From contig NC_047074.1 in NCBI RefSeq assembly GCF_902459465.1, positions 372,001 through 436,000 of the forward strand: DNA of 64,000 nt, given 5' to 3'. The notes under the pieces are model-generated. The model saw only the letters and a list, made by a program, of their open reading frames with translations. It was not told where the DNA came from and made no database searches. Positions 37,970-50,434 of this stretch are shown here, in pieces; positions within the stretch are counted from its first letter, which is position 1, and every line of letters starts with the position of its first letter. The translations under genes and the position numbers were made by a program. The stretch comes from Asterias rubens. Taxonomy: Eukaryota.

Positions 37970-40834
37970 CTATATGAACCTCTAGCTGTGTGTCAGGTTG
38001 ATCTTTTCTCTTAAATACATTCCATAATAACAGGTGTAGCTCAAAGACTAGACTGGCTCAGTCCTTTGGTTTCTGACTCTTGTAATGTTTATAGCTGGCA
38101 TTTTTTTTTTAATTGGGTACCAAAACCCTAGTAACATCTTTGTTGTGAAATGGAACATCTGCTAACGGGAGCCGAATGTAAAATTTATGACCAGCCATTT
38201 CTACTAATCAATACAATATTTTGTGCTTAAGCAGCTCTCTGATTGGGCCCCATTTGTAGTTTCGGTGTACAAAAGATGCAATAATGAGGGGTTTTGTAAA
38301 TTAGATAAAGAGAAACAGTTGACTGCACTAATTCCTAGCCACTCTAACAATAAAGCGAGGATGCTGCACTCTCCAGTAGAATGTTTTAATTGGGTGATTT
38401 TTACCCGTTTAGAGGAAGCATTCCATCAATGTTGCCCCCCCATAGGGGACAGCTCACAGGGTTGAACCCAAACAAAAAGACTGACTGAAAATCTGCACGT
38501 ATCCTTGCGATCAATTGGCTTGGGAATTTAGGCTGCTGTGATGGGAAGGGTTTAAGTCTGTAAATAAGCTACAGATTAAACTGTCACATCATAGGGAAAT
38601 AGAGTTAGGTTCTCCAATCTCCTCAGGATTGGTTAAAACTGTACCACATTCTGGACCAAAACTTTTAAGTTTTGCCAAAATATGCAGAACTGAAACAGGG
38701 CTGCTCTGACTGTTTTACTAGGTGTTTATCTTTGGTTTTTAAAGTATATTCTGTCTAAACTGGTGCATTTCAAATGGTACTATCTTGATGCTTTATGTAA
38801 ATTTGATTTCAACTTCAACCCCCCCCCCAAAAAAAAAAAAAAATGTTGTGTGGTTTTTGTTTTGGTGTGTATCAGCCTTAAAAAAACTGAGCCCTGGCAA
38901 ACCTATAAATAAATAGTGCTCCTAAACCCCCCAAGGTACATCATCAACAAAGATGTGCTTCAAACAAAGGCCAATGCTTTTATAGCTGTCTAAAAATTCA
39001 AGGCCCTATGCAATATCACACCATAAGAATGATTTTCCCAGCATTTCAAAAATATTATTTCAATAAATTTGATTTCATATATTAAATTTGATGGAACCAG
39101 TTAGTTGACCTGACTAGCATTAAAAACTAAACATACTTTGTATGGGGCCATCCTGAACTCAATGGGGCACACCAAGTGAGCTACAAAAACCCACAAGAAA
39201 CTTCATGAGGTTTGTGTACAGGGACACAGTGAAGAGGGGATGCTGTAATTGGGTGAATTTAACCATTTGGAGGAAGTATTTGATCAATGTGACCCCATGG
39301 GGGACAGGACAGTCAGCCTCAGCTCACAAAGCAACCAAAATACTCTCTAGCTGTGATTCTTCAGCATGGGGGACTGTTGGCCAGTCTTAAATTGTCCAAC
39401 CCACCACAGTCCTTTGGTTGGACATTGGAACTAAAACTAAACACAATTTCTATGGAATTGCAACTCTCTTTCACATTTGCTGCATTTTCTTCTGGAAAAA
39501 TGTACTTTAAAACCCTCCACAGTGGTTGTTTATTTTCTGGGATTAACAGTCAATTGAGAAAGGACAGTAACCAAACTTTTGGGGGAATTTCCCCATTTAT
39601 TTATTTTGTATGAAAAGGGCAGCCAAGGTTCAGAGTACTTTGTGTACTTTATTTTAAGATAGGAATATAAAAAATAGGTTTTCAAAGTCAAAAATACCTC
39701 TGACTTGAGAACCAGTGATCCTTAATAAAAGGATCAGTTTTGTTGTTGTGTTTGGAAGAAGACCTTTAAACAAAGGGATCTGAAATCACAAGCAAGATTC
39801 TGGTTTGACATGAGATTTGGGGGTTTCTTTGCTGTAAGCTTCCTTGTCTCACAATTTGTTTTTTAGCTCTCTATTTTCTCCTTTTTTAAGAGTAGGCACT
39901 TATAAATAAGCCTTAATTAAAATATAAAGTTTAAAACAAAGAAATATTTCTCTCTATACATCAAGAGTGGCTTATGCTTCAACTAGAAGACTAGTTTGAT
40001 CACAGGATTCATAAGAACTAAGCTAACTTGTTAACTTACTGTTGTAAATCTTTGTGATTCTATACATTTTAAAACATTAACTAAGTCAGTATTCAACTTG
40101 GGCCATCTACGGCATCTACAGTTATTGGAACTTCTATTGTTTTCCTTCTCCATTCTCAAAGTACTTAGGCGCTGTACTCATTTATTGAAATTTTGAAATT
40201 TGCTAGTAATAATAGTATGAAAGATAAATAAAAAATAATAAAAAATAGTACAGTGCCCCAGTTACTGGGTCTATAAAACTTTATAGGTAATATTGCTGAG
40301 TATTAATCAATACAAAATGCTTGTGTTGTGGTGGTGGTGATCGAAAACCTCCATGGAGAGCTAGATTATTGAAACAACTTTAAATCATGCTTCGATTTCT
40401 TTACAGTAAATTATACGGTACTGTCCTTAAATAGCAATAGAATTCAGTTACTCAATACACATCGATTTGTATTGTGAATAACCTATGAATATGATATACC
40501 CCAGCACTGCAGTTAAGTGCATACTCGGCAAAAATCAAAACAACACAACACTTGTCAATTGACAATCTTTTAAAAACAACATTTATTGGTCACGATCGCA
40601 TAATGGTACATCCATGAGAAAATTGTGTTGGATTTCGACCTTGCAGTTTCGGACCTTTACAAAACAATGATTGAAAAACGTACACTAATAATAGTGAAAA
40701 TACAACCCTGACAATAGGATTTATTCGCCTCATCAGATGTATTGTGGCGGGAGTTGTGTTCCAGACGGCCCCGGTGTTTTCGACAACAACCTGCAAGATT
40801 GCGATCGCATTCTTCCAAAAATAAAACCACTTAC

Positions 40835-41150
40835 CTTCAATTTCACTGCCTGGATCTTTCACTCCGTTCACGATTTCACGACCTTCGAACTACTTGTAAG
40901 ATTTGTGTCCATGATTTACTTGTGGTTTTCGGGTGAAATGATCAGTCTACTACCGCAAAAGAAACACACATGCACAGCGTACGATTTGTGACTGTGTACC
41001 TACTTATGCACGGAATGTGCATTAATCACACAACAAAAAGCAAACAAGAAAAGCCCATTCATTTCACACACATGCATTCTACACCATGCCAACTAGTTTA
41101 CAAGGAAGTACAGGGCGCCCTCGGCGAGGAATGTTAGTTAGTAGTGACTC
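40835..41150 (-). promoter_or_regulatory. Probable promoter and non-coding first exon of angiomotin
   Basis: CpG-enriched stretch about 40590-41150 with a strong minus-strand donor GAAG|GTAAGT (intron starts at 40834). It lies upstream of the angiomotin CDS and just beyond the 3' end of the desulfhydrase A gene. Inferred. Confidence 0.45.
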
Positions 41151-42501
41151 AATCCTTTTGTGGCGTAATGGTCCTTTGTCTGCTTTGCAAAATGAGAAAC
41201 TTCCTATTTTCGCGGGGATATAAATAAAAACTCATCGGTTTTGTTTGAAATTGATTTCCTCATTAAACCCCAGATGTAACTTCTTGTTAAAATAGGTTCT
41301 TGTTGATAGTTTTCAGTCTAGGTTTTTTGATTTGTTTATTACAAATGTTCAAGGTCACACCAGACCAGCACAAAATACATGCACAAACATCAAATTTATT
41401 CCAGTTCCGAAATTCCTGGGTTTTTTTTATATTGCAAATAGAACAGACAAACATACATTGAAAATAATTTTATACTGGTAGAAATCATAAAAATCTATAC
41501 AATTATTGTTCAATGACAGACAGATAAAATTGCAAAAATAATCTTCTCAAGAGACAGGATGTTGGAAACCTTGAATTTCCCTGTAAAGAATAAATTACAG
41601 TATCCGTAATGCCATGCATTTAAAGTTGTAATTTAATCAATTTTGTTGGAAATTGCAAATACAAATTATTTAAATGTTTACAAAGAGCATTTGGTGTGTT
41701 GCGAATATATTATAACATTTGGGAAGATTTAACCACGGCCCTCTGCCAAAACAAAGTAAGACTCAGAGAAGATTTATTCAATCCGGAACACTACTTAAAA
41801 TAAACAGCCTAACATCTTCTAAAAAACAATTATGAGCAGCTTTGTGCTAAGAGAACAAGTATCCACCCAAAAATATAAGCAAAGTATGGCTTCTACTGCC
41901 CCCCCCCCCAAAAAAAAGCAAAAATTGTTTATTGACAAAATACGGAGACCGCCATCTTTAGGACTAGACAACTCAGTTGGTAGAACGCTCTCACAACGAA
42001 AAACTGAAAAAGTCTTGACCTTTTCAGCAAATAAAAAAATGGGAGTATGTCTCAAACTAGCGCGATTGTTGGGACTGGCCAAATTAATTCTTAAGACAGT
42101 AAAGTAGAGATGAGATTTGGGTCTTGAAAATTTACTCTATAAGCAGCATGGAGGTAGAAGTTATGGCCATTCTTGCTGTCCCACTTTGACCAGAAGAGGG
42201 CGACATTCAGTCAGTAAGTAGGTCCAGATCAACTTCATCAAGGATTCATTTAGTAGGTGCAGATCTCCAACTTCATTCAAGCCTATGTAGATCTTTTTTT
42301 GACCTCTTTGAATCAGTGACAATAATTCTTTGTACCTAATGGAAGATTTTGTTTTTAGAGTGTTTAGAAAAGTAGTCCGCCATTCAAATCAAGACGGATC
42401 AGAAACCAAGCACGACCCACTACTCTGCTCTATTTTGTGGCAATCTAAAAATGTTCAATAACTGTTCATTGTTGACCAACAGAGGGCGCATTCACTAGAG
42501 T

Positions 42502-45500
42502 TCAGAGTAAGAGTTTCAAGTCCGGGGCTTGATCGCTGAGTTCCATCCATTCATGAATATGATTCCTATCTCTGCCCATCTGTTTTACTGTCTCATCCAT
42601 ACGTCCATCAAAGAGTCCGAAAAGTCCTCCTGAAGAAAATTCAAAACAAATTCCTTCAATTAAAGATTTGAACACACAAAGACAACACTATTCACTGTTG
42701 AGACACTCTTTTAGAGAGACACCTGTGCATTACACCTCAATATAATTTCTTACCATATTGGTGCCTCCCTCAGGCTTGTGTATACATCTCTTTCTTCCAG
42801 GAGAAATAAGAGACAAATCTAGATGTCTTAGATAGTAACCAGTAGTAACCCCATTCCTCAACTCCTACTCTCCCAGCCTTCTATAGAAACCCCACAAGGG
42901 ACAGCAGTTCTCAAACTAGTCTAAGGGCCATATCACCTGAGGCAATTTACAGGCAACCAGTTCCAGGCAATCTCCGAGAAGAGAATACATTCACATTAGA
43001 CTTTTCTCATATTTTTCCAGGTAATTGCTTGGAAAATTACCCATTGCTGTGCCTCTAAATGGCTGCAAAAGTTGCCTCATATGACAAGGCCTAAAGCCCT
43101 TATGCTGATACCTGAATTGGCAGTTTCGGCTACAGCTATGGCCGTTGCTAAGAGCACCCTGTACTTCAACACATGCTGACACAGCTATCGGCCATACCTC
43201 TAGCCATAGCCGTAGCAGCTATGGCTGTTGCTAAAAGCACCCTGTACTTCAACACATGCTGACACAGCTATCAGCCATAACTCTAGCCATAGCCGTAGCA
43301 GCTATGGCTGTTGCTAAGAGCACCCTGTACTTCAACACATGCTGACACAGCTATCAGCCATAACTCTAGCCATAGCCGTAGCAGCTATGGCTGTTGCTAA
43401 AAGCACCCTGTACTTCAACACATGCTGACACAGCTATCAGCCATAACTCTAGCCATAGCCGTAGCAGCTATGGCTGGTGCTAAGAGCACCTTGTACTTCA
43501 ACACATCCTGACACAGCTATCAGCCATAGCTCTAGCCATAGCCGTAGCTGCCATTTTGGAAAAAGCCCCACAAATTGATTTAACCATCTCACCTGTATGT
43601 ATGAAGAGTATCTTGTTGCCTTTGAATAGTTGTGGTTGTTCCTTTGTTAGCCTGAGTAGATGATGGACGCTCTTACCAGTGTACACAGGTTCAATGATAA
43701 CACCAGTCCTTCTACAAACCTCACCAACAAGATCTAGCAAAAGAAAAACCACAAAATGTCGGAGAAGTTTTAAGATTTAAATGGTTTGGATCATAAGAAA
43801 AACTATAGTAGTAAACTTGCAGGAACAACAATGAATAAAACTACTTTGGGTTGAGAGAAGTGCTGGCTCTGTGAAGGACCGATGTGGTCTCAACGTTTCG
43901 AACAGTATTCTGGAGAGAATTTTGAGTTCATATAGAACTCAATATCAGCAAATATTTGTGGATTTAAAAAATTGTACAAATTAGTTTGAACTCTTATAAC
44001 CGCCGCCTCATCAGAGCTTACTGATCAAAACTTTAGTTGTTGGTTTTTAAAACCAACACTACTCAAAAAGAAATATTCACATGGTGTTACTGCAAACCTC
44101 TTAGCTAATACCATTTATTTAAATGTATAAAAAGACTTCTTTCAATGACTTCATTCTATTCTTGTTTTCTTATTTACCCAGTTCCTCTTGAGTTGACAGT
44201 CCGTAGCCTCTTCCTTTGACTCCATCTATTAAGTGGACAATATCTTCAGACTGCAGGACTTTACCATTGCTATCCTTCACATCGATTTCCCTCAAGACAT
44301 CGTTGATCTGTTTAGAGTGGAACTCTGAGTCATCCGAGACGATGAAGCCATGGACTCTGTAAGAAACATTTTAATTTTCATATTCAGACAAGCATATGAA
44401 GCAGTTTGAGCCTACATTTGCTCTACACTGATTTATGCTAAAGCACCTCAGGTTGGGCATGAACCTACAACCTTCATATTCAACTGTTAATAGGAACTTT
44501 CTCAACACCCTAAGAGTATTTATAAACCTCTCAGCTCAGAGCTACTATCTCAAACCTTTACAACCTCCATTGATACTCCTTGGAGAAGAGAAGCAATTAA
44601 GGCCAGATGCCTTTCTTTATTAGCTGATCTAAAGATAGGTCTGTCATATCACAATGACTGCTGCTGGGTTGCACTTACTTCAGTCTGGAGCCAGTGAGAT
44701 AGTTGGCAAGAGCCAGACCAGCAGTAGAACCACTGCTTCCACATGCAATGGCGATGTCTGTAAACTGGTCTGCAATACCCTAGGTCAAATTAAACCATAA
44801 CCAAAATGATTGATTGTAAACAAGCTGTACGTATGTTGAACGCGTATAGTAGAATATATCTAAACTATTTGATTCAAACTGCCTCTGACTACTGGGCAAG
44901 CTCAGTGGTCTAGTGGGAAGACGCTATTTTAGCATGGTAAATGGCAAAAAAGGATTTCTCAAAAAAGTGAACAAACAACAAATCTGAATAGTTCTTGTAA
45001 AGCTTAAAAAAAGAAAGTGGTTTTGTAATGACTATGACCACAAAAACTAACTAGGCACAGCAAAGTATTGTTGAACAGAACAGTTTACCAGCCAAAATGA
45101 CATTAAGTTTGCATTGTTGGGACTGGTTCCCCACTGCTTTACAAAGAAATGTGTCGAGCAGCATTTTCTGTTTAACATTTTTTATGACATTGGGCCCTAG
45201 TCAGCATTGGTTGTTTGGCTTTGTTTACCGAGTACCCTAATCAAATATATGCTAGGCATGGGTTTATGGGATGTGGGGTAATTGTGGGGTAATTGTGGGG
45301 TTATTGCAGGGTTATTAAAATGAGATCCTCACCTGATCCAGTAGTTCCCTGAATCCCTCCAGATAGCCGTATAAACCTATTGCTGTAGAGCCACCTATTG
45401 GTATTGGGTAGGCACTCTCACCCGTCTCCTCTCTGTATAGAAATCAACATTACTGGGTCACTAAAACTGGATCAATACTAAAAGTGGGTCAGTACTACAA

Positions 45501-48500
45501 CTTTTTCAGTTCTCAAACTTAAGCTTCATCAGTACCATAAACTGGGTCGGTACTAAAACTGGGTCAAAATAAAACTGGGTCAGTACTATAAAATCGGGTC
45601 AGTACTAAAACTGGGTCACTAAGTGGCAAAAGCCATACCGCGTAATTTTTCCTGATTACATAGTTCGAACAAATTAACACACATTTCCGACAACATTAAA
45701 GTTACAAAAAGAGACTGTCGCCACCTAGTGCCCAGAACATTTCACATACAGAAGGAGTTCAAAAGCAATATAGAGTGTTGAAAACTTACTTTATTTTCTG
45801 TACCAGTTGATCCATACGTGGTTTTATATCTGTTGAATATTGAGACTTCTTAGGTAGCAGATAAACATGTGTTCCAATTAGACGGTTCAGGAACATATTA
45901 GCTGTACAAACAACTTCATTTGGATCCTGCATAGAATTGAGTTCAGTAAACATATTTTAATCAATTGGTTGACCATCTTGTTTGTCTTCCATTCAATTAA
46001 ATGTAACTCAAACTGAGGCTGGCAGGAAAAATAAGTCTGGTCCCATTATAAAATGAGAATAAAGACTTTCCCTGTCACCATGAGGGTAGGGAACCAGACC
46101 ACATCGGGATAAAGGTCAACTTAAAAAAGCTGGTACAGTTGATTCAAAGAACGTTCAGTGCATTTGAACTTACTGAGACGGGAGATCTAAGTAGAAGGTA
46201 GGGTTCCAGACCAAGCTGTCTTGTTGCTATGGCAGTAGCTCGACAATGATTTGATTGTGATGATCCACATGTGATGACGGAGGTACAGCCTTGATTTATG
46301 GCGTCGGCAAGGAGGAACTCAAGCTTACGAGCCTGTGTGGAGAATTGTGGAGAATAAATAGAATAACTCTTGGAGGAAAAGAAAATTAAGACACTTAGAT
46401 GAGCCATTCGATGAACTTTGTAATATACCAGTATCAAATGTCTTGAGAAATAGTTGTGAAAAACTCCCCCCCCCCCCCAATTTAAGTTTTACTTTTGTTT
46501 ATTGTGCCAATTCGTAAAGCAAAAGCACAGTGTACCACGGCAATTCCTGTGGGTGCTGTGGGTTATTTTGAGGCCTGCATTCTTGAGTTTTGTTAAGATA
46601 ACTAAATTTCAACATCCATGTTAGAAATCAATTACTGTGACAACAAATCTTTCAGTGTCATCAAATTTCCTCACCTTGTTACCAGAAAGTTCACATCCTG
46701 TCAGGTCATCTCGTTTAATGTGGATTTCAAAATTGGCTGGAACGTTGGGAAGGTACCATCTCTGAATAGGGGTGACTCCATGGATGAGCTATAAATAATA
46801 ATAACAAAAAGAGAATTTGGAAATGTTTGTCAAAGGAAATAATTATTGTTTAACCCAAGAAACAGAATACCATTGAGGCAATCCCCTAATGACCTATTAA
46901 GCCATTTCTTCAAAGTGCAATGACCTTGGGGAGTCATACTTGATATCCTAGATTACTCCACATATTGATGACCGCATTTCATGTAAATAATGTATTGGTA
47001 CACCAGGGCCCTTCAGATTTATAGTTTGTTTCCCAATTATTTTACAATATCAAACTTCAAGTGTTGTTTGAAACTTTGAATAGTGTGGATAATAAGAAGT
47101 AACTATTTGTCAAACTTGCCAGTTACACCCTAATACAACCATGAGTGGGAAGTCTTTATGGCAGCACTTCAAACAGTATACTCTGCTCATCTTCAGCAAA
47201 AAGTATAGTTTGATTAATGTTGACATATTTTACAAAATGACACAGCTGACACTTGATTTTGTGTATTTTCTTCAGCCAGTATTGAAACTTAAGAGATAAT
47301 CACCTTCTCGAGAGACATCTGTTCAACTTGTCAGACAGACTGACCTCCAGTGACCCGACCCTGACACCAAATACCCAGACAGTTATGGCCACACATTATC
47401 ATATTATAATCTATGAACAAAGTGTGGGTCAACAGCTATCACAGTTATTATTTGCACACAGTTTTGTGCACAATTCTGGATATTTTCTCCTTTGTTGAAT
47501 TGACTTAAGTTTCCCTACAGTACTTGATCAGGCTGTGAACATCGTTCTTGCTTGAATGGGCACAGCAATTTCCCTCTGTTAAGGGGCACTTCTATTGGGA
47601 AAATGTAAGCCTGTATTGGAACCTTGCAGATAGAGGGTACCACAGCAAAAGCACAGGACACTTCGGCAATTGAGTGGGTGCCGTGGGTTACTTTGAGACT
47701 GCTTTTATATATTGAGAGAATCTTAGACAAACTTTTCCCTATTTCATCCTAAGTGCTTGACATAAAATGATGACCATCCAGTGGCAATTGCACACAAAAG
47801 GCTATGCACATTGTACATTATATAGGTGGAATTTTAAATTTCTTAAGAATTCCGTGGGATATATTTCCAAGGAATGTGTTTTGTGTGAAAACTAAAAGGA
47901 ATCCACATGCCAGACCAGAGCCAAGCTGAGTATACACAGCTAGCTGCGTCTACATCATAGCTCTGGATAGTACAACCACAAAGCACAGCACAGCATGACC
48001 TGGGCTGGTCTTGCATCATTCAAAAACCTGGCAAGAATTTAACTATAGCTCTGTCTGTTTGATATGGTACTCGGGTACCTGATAATGGCTAGGGTCAAGC
48101 CGTGTCCTTTGTAGTCTAATATTACACACCATGGGTAAATACTCCAATGTCAAACAATCGTCGTGAACAAATAGATACTTTGCACATTGAGAGGTAGGCA
48201 TAACAGGTTTTTTCCTGGTTTATCTTGGTTCCAAGAAAAGAACTAACTGCCTTGTACAAACTACTAATATAAACTTATCTTACTTTTAAAAAGTTGGTGA
48301 TCTTCACTCATTTTTGTAAAGTGTTCCTAAATGAAGGCTTTGTATGGTTTCTGACTGGTACCCCAAACAAGACAAATAGGGAAACCTCCAGTTAGGGGTA
48401 CCCGGTACAATAGCTCACTAGGTAGAGCACTGGAATGTTGATTCAGCAGTCGTAGGTTCAAATCCCACTCTAGTAAATTTGTCTTTGTTCAACCCAAATT

Positions 48501-49032
48501 AGTGAAAATTTACCCAGTTGCAGTTTCCCTTTTATAGTGAGTTATAAGCATTCTATTTTGAGGGTAATAAAAACTTATAAAGACGAAATAAAGCTCTTTC
48601 TGAATAAACTTCACTTACCTTTACTCTGTACTTTGGAATAAGTTGAAGTTGTTTCATCCAATCAGCAGGATGATATTGCAATAAGAAATCTGAGGGTACC
48701 GGACCGTCGCAAGACGCTTCTCCGCCTCCATTCTCTATCAATGCAGTCCGTTTTATCATCTCTGTTTCCATTGCTGGTGAAGGATTCTTAAATGAACTCT
48801 CCTTCCGATGATGAAATCTCGTAACTGTGAATTGGCGACTGCACTGCACCCAGGTACCAAGATTCAAGATATAATGTGAACTACACGTGCCTTTTCTATT
48901 CAATGACTGTTTGCAAATACTCCATGGCCATGAGCTTAATGCATGGCCTGAAGGAATAGATCCTTGACATGGTGCCCAGTAACAACTGAATAGGTTCTTT
49001 ATCTGAACAAATGATACCAGGGATCTAGCCAT
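42502..49032 (-). CDS. D-cysteine desulfhydrase-like PLP enzyme, paralogue A (ACC deaminase/D-Cys desulfhydrase family), about 490 aa with N-terminal extension
   Basis: Exons 48619-49032, 46675-46788, 46174-46332, 45790-45926, 45333-45432, 44679-44779, 44178-44356, 43593-43733, 42502-42629; 1473 nt in frame. Motifs [26 protein letters not shown] (PLP lysine), [47 protein letters not shown]. Start ACCATGG at 49030-49032; second in-frame ATG at 48769-48771. Upstream acceptor at 49215-49216 and a candidate 5' UTR donor at 50233-50237. Confidence 0.93.
43134..43548. repeat. 83-bp minisatellite x5 in the last intron of desulfhydrase A
   Basis: Unit agctatggctgttgctaa(a/g)agcaccctgtacttcaacacatgctgacacagctatcagccataactctagccatagccgtagc starts at 43134, 43217, 43300, 43383 and 43466. 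Confidence 0.95.
45453..45621. repeat. Degenerate 17-bp tandem repeat
   Basis: Recurrent tactaaaactgggtcag in desulfhydrase A intron 4; an 11-bp gtggggtaatt x4 run lies nearby at 45272-45315. Confidence 0.75.
48400..48500 (+). mobile_element. tRNA-headed SINE fragment
   Basis: A-box-like tagctcactaggtagagc and B-box ggttcaaatcc, followed by a shared tail (ctctagt.aattt.tcttt.tt.aa.cc.aa). Related fragments at about 1781-1860, 6455-6535, 10234-10325 (-), 21531-21587 (-), 44896-44940 and 53020-53100. Confidence 0.6.
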
Positions 49033-49393
49033 GGTGTTAAGGTCAAATTCAGGTCAAGTCAAGCCTGGCCTGAGGATGTGTGCATTATTAGTAGACACAG
49101 TGCCAATGAAATTACGCCCCCTGAGAATAGCTAGGGTACAATGTGCAGGTGTGCAGTGAGTCAACATCCGAAGCTAGCTCCATCTGTATAATTTGGACGT
49201 CCATAAAGTGTCACCTAGGAATAAAATGAACACTAACACACATTTTTATATCCTTCCCTAAACTGCAGATGTTACAGCCAGTGTTTGTACTTTGGTTGTG
49301 TCACTGTTTTTTACTAGACTTGAATGAGAAACCAGTTCCCCTTCCTTTTGTCTGGGGGCGAATTTGTCAGGGAGCGAGTTTGCTAGGGGGCCT

Positions 49394-49559
49394 GCAGCCG
49401 ATTTCACGAAACGCTAGGATTAATCCTAACTTGAGTTAGGACGAGTAACCTCTCCTAACTTAGGATGGGTTCAATGCGTCCTAACGAATTTGGATACGGA
49501 TCTGAACCCGTCCTAAGATTAATACTAAGTTAGGAAGAGTTTGTGAAATCGACGGCTGC
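49394..49559. mobile_element. MITE in the 5' UTR intron of desulfhydrase A
   Basis: gcagccgatttcacgaa ... ttgtgaaatcgacggctgc termini, with internal inverted tcctaac/gttagga repeats. Confidence 0.7.
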
Positions 49560-50434
49560 CCCACGTACTCCTAGAACTACGAGGTTTGATCCGCTATCGT
49601 CTCCACGATAGCGGAACGAACCTCATAGTTCCATTCTTCCTCTCAATGATTTTTTTTTTTTGATGCATGCATGCTGCGTCAACAATGATGAGATTGAGAT
49701 TATTCATTGTATAATTTTGTATTATGTTCAACATTTCTTTTTTGTTGTATGTATTGTTTTTTTGTTCTGCGCCTCGGAATAGGGTCTTGTACACTAGATA
49801 GATGGCGCATTATAAATGCATTATTATTATTATTATTATTATACAATCATGGAGGATTTTTACTAATAATACTGCAGTGTAACTGTACTTATTATTATTA
49901 ACAATATAATGCAGTGAGTAGTGTGGTTGGGCTACATGGATTGAGCTAGTAAAATAGTAGTCTAGTAGTAGTAATAGTATGGTGGTATTAAGTGGGCTAT
50001 TGTTAAATATAACAAGTAGAAGTAGTTAAAGTTTATAGTTAAATGTTTAATGGATGAAAGAATGTCGATCAAAATCTCATCAATGCTGGTGCTATGCTGT
50101 GCTACACTGAATGATGTAATGCTATACCTACAGCCCATGTAGAACATGATCAGCTCTGGCCATGCTCCCCTCAGCCTGAAAGTAGATTTGTTGTGATGTG
50201 ACACAGAAACAAATCTACTTCAAAACAAAATAATTACCACCGTTAAACCAGCATAGCGCCCTCATTTTTGTGTTGGTGCAATAATTAAAAACACAGTCCA
50301 CATGTCATGCATGCCAACCATAGAGCTCTATGATGCCAACACGAATAAATACGTCTGAAGATCATTTACTATAATCATGTAGTATGTACATGACTAAGCA
50401 GTGGACTGGTTAAGTTTACGGACGGTACTATCTA

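Noticed and set aside
38695-38899. hAT-type element with CAGGGCT termini
   Set aside because: The terminal match is only about 7 bp and I found no 8-bp TSD; probably a repeat remnant but not supportable.
43134-43548. CRISPR-like array
   Set aside because: Plain 83-bp tandem repeat with no variable spacers.
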